Shown piece by piece: positions 53,140 to 62,962 of a DNA stretch of 64,000 nt. The notes below the pieces were generated by a model. That model searched no databases. It was not told where the DNA came from and was given only the letters and a program-made list of their open reading frames with translations. This DNA comes from an uncultured cyanobacterium (GTDB taxonomy: Bacteria > Cyanobacteriota > Cyanobacteriia > PCC-9006 > JAAUQQ01). Position 1 is the stretch's first letter; each line of letters starts with the position of its first letter. The stretch is from the NCBI GenBank assembly GCA_963718615.1, contig OY970368.1, positions 1,984,001 to 2,048,000 on the forward strand, given 5' to 3'. Both the position numbers and the translations under genes were made by a program.

Positions 53140-53214
53140 CAAAAGTTAGCTCACTGGTAGAGCATCAGACTCATACTCTGACTGTTGCAGGTTCGATTCC
53201 TGCACTTTTAACCA
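53140..53214 (+). tRNA. Atypical tRNA, anticodon CAT (Met/Ile2), CCA encoded
   Basis: CAAAAGT-TA-GCTC-ACTGGTA-GAGC-A-TCAGA-CTCATAC-TCTGA-CTGTT-GCAGG-TTCGATT-CCTGC-ACTTTTA-A-CCA. Confidence 0.85.
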
Positions 53215-53223
53215 CCCCGCCTT

Positions 53224-53539
53224 TGGGTTAAGAGGCAACTGATTTGGGATCAGTCCAACGCTGTTTTTAAAGACTTCGCTGGGCCAGTGTTCCGCCTCTG
53301 TTGGGCTTCGGCTCAGACAGAAGCAGCAGCCCAAGGCTTGCGCGATCGCCCTCTGCTTTGGTTCCCACAGAACGGTTTGCCCTCGCTTGAGTTTGTCCTT
53401 CCTCCCCGACGTTTCCCTAGACTAGAACTTCGGCTCAGGTCCCTTGGAAATGGAGGCGCAACGAACGACAAATCCGCCCCAGTTCAAATTTTTAGCGCTG
53501 TCTTCGGGCATCCTAGGGTTTGGGTTGAGGCTTAATCCA
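53224..53539 (+). ncRNA. Candidate ~316-nt structured RNA of unknown class
   Basis: 9-bp basal stem TGGGTTAAG/CTTAATCCA, nested long-range stems and three C(TTCG)G loops; no credible ORF. Confidence 0.7.
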
Positions 53540-53606
53540 GCGATCGCACCCCCTGCGTGACCCCTGCCATGGCCCATCGTCCGCCCCACCGCTGTGAACC
53601 CGTGCC

Positions 53607-53646
53607 TTGCGGAGTCTTTGTCTTTTATGTAGCATTTGTATTACAT
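53607..53646 (+). promoter_or_regulatory. Sigma70-type promoter overlapped by an inverted-repeat operator
   Basis: TTGCGG-17nt-TAGCAT; ATGTAGCA-TTTG-TATTACAT at 53627-53646 covers the -10. Confidence 0.6.
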
Positions 53647-53651
53647 ACGCC

Positions 53652-53703
53652 TGTTGTCTGTGAGTGTTGTCTGTGAGCGTCGTCTGTGAGCGTCGTCTGT
53701 GAG
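53652..53703. repeat. 13-bp tandem repeat x4 in the slipin leader
   Basis: TGTTGTCTGTGAG x2, then CGTCGTCTGTGAG x2. Confidence 0.92.
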
Positions 53704-53709
53704 TGAAAT

Positions 53710-55239
53710 ATGTTCAAGACCTTCTACATCAAACCCAGCGAGCGGGGGATGCTCTATCACCGCAGCCACTTTAAGCGACTGTTGCGCCCTGGCATTCATC
53801 GTTTTGTGGGCTGGCACTGGCGCGTGCAGTGTTTTGATCTAAACCAGCCGGAGGTGGAGCTACAGGATGCGGAATTGCTGCTGCAAAACCATGGCGACCT
53901 GCTGCGGCAACACCTCATTGTAGTACGCACGGCCTTTAATGAAGCGGCTCTGGTGCGGTTGGGGCAGCGCTGGCTGAGTGTGGCTCCAAACCAATTGCGT
54001 TTGTTTTGGCGGGGCCATGTGGAGGTTGCCGTCGAGCGGTTCAACCTGAACGAGAATCTAGAATTGCCTGCCGAGTTTGTCCAGCAACTTCGTGGCGAGT
54101 CGATTCAGGGACTTCAGCGAGTGGAACTGGCGGAGTTTGAGGTCGGGTTGCTGTTTGTCCAGGATAATTTTGTTCGCCCTTTGGAACCCGGAGAGCATGC
54201 CTTTTGGCAGTTTGGCCGTCAGGTGATGGTGCGATCGCTCAATCGTAATCTCCCCAATCCCGACTTTCCCTTTGAGAATGTCTTGCTGGACCAACATCCT
54301 GAGTTTGTTGACACCTACTGTGAGCGGGTAGAGCTTACACCAGAGCAGGTGGCCATTATTCGCCACCGAGGCCAATGCATCGATATTTTGCCGCCTTCTA
54401 GCCGTCGCCTGTATTGGCAGGGGGTTGGGGTCGAAATCCTCGAAATCGAGGCAGAACGAAAATTGTCGCCTCAGTTGGTCGCAGAACTGGTTTCTGGTTC
54501 GTCTGAGGTCTTGGATCACAGTTTGCCTCACCTCTATGTCCATCAGGTTCCTCAGCATTCGATTGGGATGTTGGTCATAGATAGCGTAGTACAGGCACCG
54601 CTGGAGCCGGGGATTCACGCCTGGTGGTCGTTTGGACGGGCGATCGCCGCCACCAATATCAGCCTCAAGCTCCAAACCCTGGAGGTCTCAGGCCAAGAGA
54701 TTCTCTCCAAGGACAAAGTTCCCTTGCGACTCAATCTTTCCGCTGATTATCGGGTGACCGATCCGATGCAGGCGCTGGCTCAACTGACGAATATTTCCGA
54801 GTTCTTGTATAAGGAACTCCAGTTTGCGCTGCGGGCGGCGGTGGGAACGAAGAACTTAGATGCACTCTTGGAGGATAAGGGGGCGATCGATCGCAGTATC
54901 GCTGAATCTATGGCGGAAAAAACCGAGGGTTATGGTCTAGAGGTGCGATCGGTGGGCGTTAAGGACATCATTTTGCCGGGGGACATCAAAGACATTCTCG
55001 GCAAGGTAGTGGAAGCAGAAAAGTCGGCCCAGGCCAATGTGATCCGCCGCCGGGAAGAAACCGCCGCCACCCGCAGTATGCTGAACACGGCGCGGGTCAT
55101 GGAGGATAACCCGATCGCCCTACGGCTGAAGGAGTTGGAGGTGCTGGAGCGGATTGCCGAGAAGATCGATCGGATCAATGTCAACGGCAGTTTAGACAGC
55201 ATCTTGACCGAGCTGATTCAACTTAACCCATCTGCCTAG
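53710..55239 (+). CDS. Slipin family (SPFH/Band 7) protein
   Basis: LEVSGQEILSKDKVPLRLN, VKDIILPG, RRREETAATRSMLNTA, LRLKELEVLE; repeated N-terminal L(R/E)PG.H.F modules. Confidence 0.9.
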   Translation: MFKTFYIKPSERGMLYHRSHFKRLLRPGIHRFVGWHWRVQCFDLNQPEVELQDAELLLQNHGDLLRQHLIVVRTAFNEAALVRLGQRWLSVAPNQLRLFWRGHVEVAVERFNLNENLELPAEFVQQLRGESIQGLQRVELAEFEVGLLFVQDNFVRPLEPGEHAFWQFGRQVMVRSLNRNLPNPDFPFENVLLDQHPEFVDTYCERVELTPEQVAIIRHRGQCIDILPPSSRRLYWQGVGVEILEIEAERKLSPQLVAELVSGSSEVLDHSLPHLYVHQVPQHSIGMLVIDSVVQAPLEPGIHAWWSFGRAIAATNISLKLQTLEVSGQEILSKDKVPLRLNLSADYRVTDPMQALAQLTNISEFLYKELQFALRAAVGTKNLDALLEDKGAIDRSIAESMAEKTEGYGLEVRSVGVKDIILPGDIKDILGKVVEAEKSAQANVIRRREETAATRSMLNTARVMEDNPIALRLKELEVLERIAEKIDRINVNGSLDSILTELIQLNPSA

Positions 55240-55357
55240 ATCCCCCCGGCATCTACAGTACCTTGCCATCCGTTAAGGAAAGCGCCAAACCGTGCCGCTG
55301 GTCGTTGCAGCCGCTGGCCGTCGCACTTTCTAGAAGCATACCTAAACTATTCAAAAA

Positions 55358-55430
55358 AGCTGGTGACAAGACTTGAACTTGCGACCGGCTGATTACAAAT
55401 CAGCTGCTCTACCAACTGAGCTACACCAGC
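55358..55430 (-). tRNA. trnT: tRNA-Thr(TGT), no encoded CCA
   Basis: GCTGGTG-TA-GCTC-AGTTGGTA-GAGC-A-GCTGA-TTTGTAA-TCAGC-CGGTC-GCAAG-TTCAAGT-CTTGT-CACCAGC-T. Confidence 0.96.
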
Positions 55431-55561
55431 AAAACCAAACGGGGCGTTTATACAGAACCATTATACAGATGCAGGAGCAAAAATTATTCCTGCATCTGTA
55501 TCAGGAGACTTAATCGACATAGGTCTTCATCTGTATCGACCAGAAGCAATTCAACTCGGCC

Positions 55562-56209
55562 TTAGGCCATGCTGTTTTCAATCGCCCAGCGTGCTAGCTC
55601 CGTTCGATTATGAAGGCCCGTTTTGCCCAACATGTTGGACACATGGCTTTCAATCGTCCGCTGACTGACGTTGAGCTGTTCCGCAATCTCACGGTTGGCC
55701 ATTCCCCGTGCGACAAACTGAACAACCTTTTGCTCCGTTGGCGTTAATTCCACATCGAACGGAACATGAATGGTCATTTCCGCATCGCCTCGGCCCGGAC
55801 TTCGACTGGTTAACCGAGAGGCTTGTTTTAGCGAAGACTCCACCTGGGCCACGAGTTCTTCGGGCTCAAAGGGCTTCACCATGTAAACATCCGCGCCGGT
55901 CGAGAGGCCCTTCACCCGATCCTGGCTTTGTCCTTTTGCAGAAAGGAACAGTACCGGAATCCAGCTAGTTTGGGGATTCTCACGAACATTCTTCACGAAG
56001 GAATAACCGTCCATTTCTGGCATCATCACATCGCAAATAATCATGTCTGGAGTGAGATCCTCCAAGGCCTCCAGCGCAGCCCTGCCATTTTCGGCAGTGA
56101 CTACGGTATAGCCCCTAAACTCAAGGTAGTCTTTGACCAAGAGAATTAAATTCGGGTCGTCGTCAATGAGCAGAAGTTTCTTGTTGTCTCCCACGCTCGT
56201 ATCCTTCAT
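55562..56209 (-). CDS. NarL/LuxR family response regulator (OrrA/Rre1-like)
   Basis: LLIDDDPNLILLVKDYLE, CDVMMP, LTPTEQKV...NREIA...TIESHVSNML. Confidence 0.9.
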   Translation of the reverse strand: MKDTSVGDNKKLLLIDDDPNLILLVKDYLEFRGYTVVTAENGRAALEALEDLTPDMIICDVMMPEMDGYSFVKNVRENPQTSWIPVLFLSAKGQSQDRVKGLSTGADVYMVKPFEPEELVAQVESSLKQASRLTSRSPGRGDAEMTIHVPFDVELTPTEQKVVQFVARGMANREIAEQLNVSQRTIESHVSNMLGKTGLHNRTELARWAIENSMA

Positions 56210-56760
56210 GATGCAGTGTCCGCGATCGCCCTTCCTGTTCTACTCGCTTGCAGGCAAGCTTGCAAAACACAGGGGGTAGGCTAGCAATTCTATAGTACCC
56301 AAAGCTACCTATATTGACCAACCAGAGTTTATCAGGTTTAGCAGAAGAATCCGCAGTTTTATAGATGACTCAGGACGGGGCAAGGCTCTGTAGAGACAGA
56401 GTTTATTTGCTTTGGGTACCCGCGCTCCCAAGCTATCCACGCTTTTTACTATAGTCAATATAATTCAGTAAAATCAACTAAAAGGCTCCTTTTTTCTTGT
56501 TAAAACAGAGACGTTTGACCGAGTTTTCAGTTAATCAAATCCGAGCTTACACGAAGGTCGTTTGACTTTTTTCTATCTATAGAATTCTTAGTCGAATGGG
56601 CGAAACCGGAGATTTTGAGGGCGATCGCCATCTTTTTCTCAAAATTTTTCAACGTTGAGGATAAATTAGGGATTGAAATTTTCTATGGAAAACGATAATT
56701 TTCGCACAAAAAACAATGATGGCGACGTCTAAACATCCAAACATCTCATGAACATCTCCC

Positions 56761-57126
56761 TCAGCGGAGGGGTGCCTCGACAATAACATGAGACTCGACA
56801 GGCTGATTACCCAGCAAATGCTCTTGAATAATCTGTTCGACGATGGCAGGGGTAACGCTGTGATACCAGATGCCATCGGGGTAGACCAGCAAAATTGGCC
56901 CTTGCTGACAGATCCGCAAGCAGTCCGCTTTGGTCCGAAAAATACAGGTGGGACGCTCAGCGGTTGGCGCATCCAGATTGAGATCCTTGAGGCGCTGCTT
57001 GAGATAACTCCAGGTTTCTAGGCCCAGGGTCGGATCGCAACATTTGGGCTTCAGGGGCGTGGCGCAGAGAAAAAGATGGCGCTGAATGTCAGGAATTCCT
57101 AGGGCGCGCACGGTAGCTTCGAGCAT
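56761..57126 (-). CDS. Thioredoxin-like 2Fe-2S ferredoxin
   Basis: HLFLC...[28 protein letters not shown]. Confidence 0.88.
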   Translation of the reverse strand: MLEATVRALGIPDIQRHLFLCATPLKPKCCDPTLGLETWSYLKQRLKDLNLDAPTAERPTCIFRTKADCLRICQQGPILLVYPDGIWYHSVTPAIVEQIIQEHLLGNQPVESHVIVEAPLR

Positions 57127-57159
57127 AGGGCGTTAGAGGAAGAATCAGTTGAATCGTTA

Positions 57160-58197
57160 TTAATCGGTTGAGGCGAGAGGGACTTGGGCAAGGGCTCCCA
57201 GGATAACCTCTGGCCCTGCACCCCGTTTACAGCCCTGTTCCGTCAGATAGCGTTTCCAGGCGCGGCTACCGGGCTGACCCGCGAACAGTTGCAGCAGATG
57301 GCGGGTAATGCTGTGGGGTTTGAGATCTGTTGCGGTCCAGCGATCGAGGTAGGGAACCATGGCTTCCGCAACGGCGTGGCGGCTGAGCGGTGGCTCGGTG
57401 CTGCCGTAAAACCGGGTGTCGGCATGAGCGAGGCCATAGGGCGTGTCGTAGGCGGCGCGGCCAATCATCACGGCATCAACCGCCTGAAGCTGGGGTTCCG
57501 CTTGGTCGAGGGTGAGAAAGCCCCCATTAATTTCGATAAAAAGCTGGGGAAAATCCTGCTTGAGGCGATGAACTTCCTCGTAGCGCAGGGGGGGAATGGT
57601 GCGGTTTTGCTTGGGGTCAAGGCCATGAAGCCAAGCTTTGCGAGCGTGGACCGTAAAGTAGTGACAGCCTGCATCGGCGACGATGCGGACAAATTCGGCC
57701 ATGTCTTCGTAGCGATCGCGATCATCAATCCCAATGCGATGCTTGACGCTAATGGGCAACCGCGTCGCCCCCGCCATCGCGGCCACCGCTCGCGCCACCC
57801 GCTCGGGTTCCGCCATCAGGCAAGCGCCGAAATTGCCACTTTGGACCCGACTGCTGGGACAACCCACATTCAAATTCACCTCGTCGTAGCCCCAATCCTC
57901 GGCAATGCGGGCGCATTCCGCCAGACTTTTGGGATCATCTCCGCCAACTTGCAACACCAGTGGCTTTTCCTCGGGAGAGAAATCTAGGAGCTTAGGGCGA
58001 TCGCCATGGAGAATCGCCGGAACAGTCACCATCTCCGTATAAAGCAACGTTTGCCGTGTAATGAGCCTGAGAAAATAGCGGCAATGGCGGTCCGTGCGGT
58101 CCATCATGGGGGCCACACTGAGGGGAAAGGGGCGTTGGCGCTGGCCTTGGGGCGGCGGGGCGGTTGGGTTGGGGGCGATCGCGGGCAAAAGACTCAC
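57160..58197 (-). CDS. dusA: tRNA-dihydrouridine(20/20a) synthase
   Basis: SVAPMMDRTD, NLNVGCPS, VHARKAWL, EINGG, MIGRAAY. Confidence 0.94.
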   Translation of the reverse strand: MSLLPAIAPNPTAPPPQGQRQRPFPLSVAPMMDRTDRHCRYFLRLITRQTLLYTEMVTVPAILHGDRPKLLDFSPEEKPLVLQVGGDDPKSLAECARIAEDWGYDEVNLNVGCPSSRVQSGNFGACLMAEPERVARAVAAMAGATRLPISVKHRIGIDDRDRYEDMAEFVRIVADAGCHYFTVHARKAWLHGLDPKQNRTIPPLRYEEVHRLKQDFPQLFIEINGGFLTLDQAEPQLQAVDAVMIGRAAYDTPYGLAHADTRFYGSTEPPLSRHAVAEAMVPYLDRWTATDLKPHSITRHLLQLFAGQPGSRAWKRYLTEQGCKRGAGPEVILGALAQVPLASTD

Positions 58198-58606
58198 AAA
58201 CTTACGTCAAAATTTAGGAACGGCGCTTAAACTGCTTTTGAGGCTGAGGCAGGGAGGAACGATTGGGCAGCACCGTTAAAATTGCTAAGACCAGGCTTAA
58301 TGCAAGTACGTCCATAGGGTTTATAAAATGCGAGTTTTAGGCAATATGCTTCAGGTCTTGAAGCCCACAAAAAGGATTATCCGTATTGTTTCTGAGGAAT
58401 CTATGCTTGCCCTACCTCATTCGGATTAAATTTTTCGAGTTCCGGCCTTTTGTAATGACTTTTCATCTGAGGTTTTCAGCATCCTAGCGAAGCGGGAGAT
58501 GAGCTCGCTCCCCTAATTCTACTGAAGGAGTTGCCCTTTGCCATCGTCCCGTCGGCAATTTCAGTGATAGCCGTCACCATTTGAGTATAAAGATTGTAAA
58601 AGATTC

Positions 58607-59968
58607 ATGAATGATCCTCAGGATGAATCCATTGGGTCTGGATCCCATCCAGAGTCAACGCCCGCCGCTCCCGAAGCCGAGTCTGCCTCTGCGCCTTGGT
58701 TTTCCCTCAACCGGGTGGGTAAACTCTCTCGCCAATTCTCCCGGCAATTTTCCGAACGGATTACCCAGCCCCTAGCGCGTACGCTGCCTTTGGAGCAGGT
58801 GACAGAGACCGTCATGGGCTGGTTTAGCGTCAGCGAAGAGCGAGTGGCGGAGATTTTAGTGGCGATTCGGGCAGAACTCCCCACCACGGAAGCCCTGCTG
58901 GTGGGCAAGCCCCAGGCTGGAAAAAGCTCGATCGTGCGGGCGATTACTGGGGTTTCTCCGGAAATTATTGGTCAAGGCTTTCGGCCCCACACTCAACATA
59001 CTGAGCGGTATGCCTATCCTTCCGAAGACCTGCCTCTGCTGATCTTTACAGATACCGTCGGTTTGGGAGATGTCAAGCAGGCGACCCAGACTGTGGTGAC
59101 GGAGCTTCAGCAGGAGTTGGCCCAGGAGTCGGGCGGAGCTCGGATCTTGATCCTGACGGTTAAGATTAACGATTTTGCGACGGATACGCTACGCCAAATT
59201 GCTGAGGACCTGCGGCGGCAGTTTCCCCAGGTGCCCTGCTTGCTCGCCGTGACCTGTTTACACGAGGCATACCCCAGTCCGAGCACCGAGCATCCGGACT
59301 ATCCCCCCCAATTTGAGACGGTGCAGCGGGCCTTTGGGGCGATTCAGCAGGATTTTCAGGGGCTTTGCGATCGCGCCCTCCTGCTCGATTTCACCCTGGA
59401 GGAAGATGGCTATGAGCCGGTGTTTTATGGCCTAGAGGCCCTTCGAGATGCCTTGGCAGACCTGCTGCCGGAGGCGGAAGCCCAGACGATTCATCGGCTC
59501 ATCGAAGAACAAAGCGATGCTCGCGAACAGCTCGGCAGTCTCTATCGGGACGTGGGCCGTCGTTATATGTCAACGTTTGCGGTGATTGCGGCGACGCTGG
59601 CGGCGGTGCCGTTGCCCTTTGCGACGATGCCGGTGTTAACGGCGTTGCAGGTTTCGATGGTGGGACTCCTGGGTAAACTGTATGGTCAAACCCTGACGCC
59701 TTCGCAGGCTGGGGGGGTGGTGAGTGCGATCGCGGGTGGATTTGTTGCCCAGGCGATCGGGCGGGAGTTGGTTAAGTTTATCCCTGGGTTTGGCAGTGTC
59801 ATCGCTGCGTCTTGGGCCGCTGCCTATACTTGGGCGTTGGGTGAAGGGGCCTGTGTTTATTTTGGCGATCTAATGGGGGGTAAAAACCCGGATCCGGAGC
59901 GGATTCAACAGGTGATGGGCGAAGCGTTTACTGCGGCGAAGGAGCGGTTTAAGGAGAACCAGCGATAA
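58607..59968 (+). CDS. GTPase + DUF697 (YcjF-like) protein
   Basis: GKPQAGKSS, DTVGLGD; C-terminal AVPLPFA...LQVSMV. Confidence 0.82.
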   Translation: MNDPQDESIGSGSHPESTPAAPEAESASAPWFSLNRVGKLSRQFSRQFSERITQPLARTLPLEQVTETVMGWFSVSEERVAEILVAIRAELPTTEALLVGKPQAGKSSIVRAITGVSPEIIGQGFRPHTQHTERYAYPSEDLPLLIFTDTVGLGDVKQATQTVVTELQQELAQESGGARILILTVKINDFATDTLRQIAEDLRRQFPQVPCLLAVTCLHEAYPSPSTEHPDYPPQFETVQRAFGAIQQDFQGLCDRALLLDFTLEEDGYEPVFYGLEALRDALADLLPEAEAQTIHRLIEEQSDAREQLGSLYRDVGRRYMSTFAVIAATLAAVPLPFATMPVLTALQVSMVGLLGKLYGQTLTPSQAGGVVSAIAGGFVAQAIGRELVKFIPGFGSVIAASWAAAYTWALGEGACVYFGDLMGGKNPDPERIQQVMGEAFTAAKERFKENQR

Positions 59969-60109
59969 CTTTAGCAATGAGCTGATGCTTCAGGTGTACC
60001 AGGAAGGTTTACTGGTGTTGAGTTAGGGGAAGAGGAGAGGGGATGGCGATCGCTATAATAATGCCAGCGGAATCCAACCCATCAGGACCAATGTGGCTCC
60101 AACCCAGTG

Positions 60110-61009
60110 ATGACCCACCTTGCAGAACGATACATTAATCCCCTCACGGACTTTGGGTTCAAGCGTTTGTTTGGCACAGAGCCCAATAAGGATTTCTTAA
60201 TTGATTTCCTCAATGTTGTTTTGCCAGAGGAACATCGGGTTCAGGATTTGACGTATCGTAATAATGAAAATATTGGCAATACATTAATCGATCGCAAAGC
60301 CATTTTTGACATTTACTGTGAAAGCGAAAGCGGCGAGAAGTTTATCGTTGAGATTCAGAAGGCAAAACAAAACTACTTCAAGGATCGGAGCATTTACTAT
60401 TCGACTTTTCCCATCCAGGAGCAGGCGGAGAAAGGAGATTGGAATTATCGGCTTTCTGCTGTTTATACCGTTGGAATTCTAGATTTCATCTTTGATGACC
60501 ATAAAACGGATCCAACGATTAAACATGTTGTTGAGCTGAAAAACCAAAGATGCGAGGTGTTTTATGACAAGCTGAAATTTATCTATATTGAGCTACCTAA
60601 ATTCACCAAGACCCTTGACCAGTTGGAGAGTCACTACGAGAAATGGCTGTTCCTACTTCGACATCTTTACGAGTTTGAAGATAAGCCAGAGATATTGCAA
60701 GAGGGTGTTTTCAATCGTTTATTTGAGGTGGCAGAAATTGCCAACTTCTCTCCCCTAGAGCGACAAGCCTATGAAGACAGCTTAAAGTATTATCGTGATC
60801 TTCAGAATGTTGTAGACACCTCACGAGAAGAAGGTTGGGAGGAAGGTTGGGAAGAAGGTCGGGAAGAGGGCCGGGAAGAGGGTCGGGAAGAAGAGAGACA
60901 GGAGATTGCGCTAAACCTTCTGCGTGAGGGGGTTTCAGTGGAAATGGTAAGCCGCACGACAGGTCTTTCTGTTGAAAGGTTGGAGCGGCTACGGCAGCAG
61001 CTTGGGTGA
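60110..61009 (+). CDS. Rpn family PD-(D/E)XK nuclease / putative transposase
   Basis: INPLTDFGFKRLFG, FDIYC, FIVEIQ, YIELPKF; C-terminal EEGR/EEGW repeats and HTH. Confidence 0.92.
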   Translation: MTHLAERYINPLTDFGFKRLFGTEPNKDFLIDFLNVVLPEEHRVQDLTYRNNENIGNTLIDRKAIFDIYCESESGEKFIVEIQKAKQNYFKDRSIYYSTFPIQEQAEKGDWNYRLSAVYTVGILDFIFDDHKTDPTIKHVVELKNQRCEVFYDKLKFIYIELPKFTKTLDQLESHYEKWLFLLRHLYEFEDKPEILQEGVFNRLFEVAEIANFSPLERQAYEDSLKYYRDLQNVVDTSREEGWEEGWEEGREEGREEGREEERQEIALNLLREGVSVEMVSRTTGLSVERLERLRQQLG

Positions 61010-61391
61010 TGGGTGGAGTTTAAGGTGGTCTCTAAAACTGAGACGGTTGGTTTTCCGGTTTCGGAAAGGGCTTGAGGGTGCTTTATCTGGGGTTCATTTG
61101 TAAACGAAGTTTTCTTGATCGTAAAAAATATTACTTGTCTATTCTCCTGGTTGGTGGAAAAATGAGTCCCATTGAGTTTTTATTTTGAGCACTTGAGTCG
61201 GGGGTCGGGCGTTAGGCAATTTCGGTTTTATAGAGCGGCATATTAGCTGTGTTGGCTGTGGTTTCTTTCTATGGCTGGGTTCTCTGGGCAAGGGAATTTG
61301 TCTGGAACTGAGGGTGATGTGTTGCTCTATCAAGCTTAATATTGCGCTCTGACTTGAGCATCTTCCTGCGGTGATTTGCGGGAGGTTTTCT

Positions 61392-61580
61392 ATGGTTGTC
61401 AGTGTGGCGAATACGTCTGCGGTGGCTGGTGCGTCGCGTTTAGAGCTGAATGCTTCGCGGCAGTTTGTGGCTTGGCTGCTGGAGCAGCGGCTTAGTTTGG
61501 CGTTTACGACGTATCAGGCGGGGAAGTAGTTGTTTTTGCTGGGGGTGAACCCGGAGGGCAATTTTTCAATGTTTGAGTGA
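61392..61580 (+). pseudogene. Truncated TIGR03032-family fragment with an in-frame stop
   Basis: MVVSV...ASRQFVAWLLEQRLSLAFTTYQAGK*LFLLGVNPEGNFSMFE*; TAG at 61527-61529. Confidence 0.8.
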
Positions 61581-61994
61581 ATCCTTAAACATTGTCTTTT
61601 ACGTACAAGAAAGTTCTAACTAATGACACTCGTGTTAACGACATAATTTATTCTTATGCATGAGAATCACTCATCTTTGCTAACTACTTCTCGACACTTT
61701 CCAAGTTGGCTCGCACAACAAAAAGTTAGCCTTGCGTTTACAACATATCAATCAGGTCGGCTCTTCTTGTTAGGTCTTAAAGATAATGGTGAACTGTCTG
61801 TCGTTGCCCGATCATTTGATCGAGCATCTGGAATGAGCACAACACCGAACAGTATTTACTTAGGAAGTAGAAATCAGATTTGGGTTCTAAGGAATGTTTT
61901 GAAAGAAAGCGAATTTTATCAGGCTCACGATGCGCTATACGTCCCTTATAAATCCTACGCCGTCGGAGACGTAGATATTCACGATATTGTTGTA

Positions 61995-62962
61995 ACGTCA
62001 GTTCCGGTTAAGATTGGGCCGATGGAAGGGCGAAATCAAGGTTGAGAGCCGGTTTCTTGGGCTGATGGCAGTAGGCAATCAAGCCACATAGCAGGTTGAC
62101 CGAGAAATTGATGGGACTGCGATGGCGCGAATGCTCAATCTGAGAGATGTTCTTGAGCTGGTCAATGATGGTCTCAATGATGGAGCGCTTACGGGCGAGC
62201 AGCTTATCGGTGAATCGCATGAGCTGGTTCTTCATGTTGCGTTTGGGTTTGGCGTAGAACTCAAGGCCACAAGTCTGAAGAAGCTCCAATGCGAGCTTCT
62301 TGGAGACATAGCCTCGGTCTGCGAATATCTTGCCAAAGAGCCCCTGAAGCAGCTCTTTGACTGGTTTGCGGTCATCAGTATTGCCGGGAGTCAGGGTCAT
62401 ATTAAGGAGTTCTCCGCGGTCATTCACGACCAGATGAAGCTTGAATCCGAAGAACCAGTCCACTGACGTTTTGCCCCGAGCGGCGGAATCTTTGAAGACC
62501 TTGTGCTGCCGGATTCGACGGTTATGACAAACCTTGATGCAAGTCGCATCCATGAAACCAACGCCACTGCATTGACCAAAGCAGCTTTTGAGGTAGGCAC
62601 ACAAAGGAAGGACCAGAGAGGGCAACCCGCTGATAAAACGCTGATAGCTCACCAACTTGGGAAAGGCTGAGCGCCAATGAACGGCCACATGTCTGGTGTA
62701 AAAGTCTTTGAAGTTTCGATAGCCTTGGAGATGAAAGGCAATGGCGATCGTCATTCTCTCGCTCAGGCTTAGCTTCCCGATGCGCTTTCGCATCTTCAGA
62801 CCGCTGCCAAGTAACCGCTGATTCCATTTGGGTTCGAACGCCTGGCAGAAGTCATCGACGTCACAGAACAGCTCTTCTAAACTAATCATGGGTAGAGGGG
62901 GGTTGATTGCTTTGGTTAGTTTCAGCCTAATCTCCTCTGCCTTTCTTATCCAGAACTGACGT
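61995..62962 (-). mobile_element. IS982-family insertion sequence
   Basis: IRs ACGTCAGTTCCGGTTAAG / ACGTCAGTTCTGGATAAG; 7-bp TSD TGTTGTA at 61988-61994 and 62963-62969. Confidence 0.95.
62008..62889 (-). CDS. IS982 family transposase
   Basis: [47 protein letters not shown]. Confidence 0.95.
   Translation of the reverse strand: MISLEELFCDVDDFCQAFEPKWNQRLLGSGLKMRKRIGKLSLSERMTIAIAFHLQGYRNFKDFYTRHVAVHWRSAFPKLVSYQRFISGLPSLVLPLCAYLKSCFGQCSGVGFMDATCIKVCHNRRIRQHKVFKDSAARGKTSVDWFFGFKLHLVVNDRGELLNMTLTPGNTDDRKPVKELLQGLFGKIFADRGYVSKKLALELLQTCGLEFYAKPKRNMKNQLMRFTDKLLARKRSIIETIIDQLKNISQIEHSRHRSPINFSVNLLCGLIAYCHQPKKPALNLDFALPSAQS

Noticed and set aside
52903-53535. Short ORFs over the RNA cluster
   Set aside because: No homology cues, and they overlap clear tRNA cloverleaves.
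53224-53539. SRP RNA, RNase P RNA, tmRNA or group I intron
   Set aside because: GAAGCAGC and CAGGTCC occur but in the wrong order for the SRP helix. No GAGGAAAGTCC, no tag ORF with tRNA-like ends, and no recognisable group I core.
52880-55430. Genomic island integrated at tRNA-Thr
   Set aside because: No integrase and no duplicated tRNA 3' end seen.
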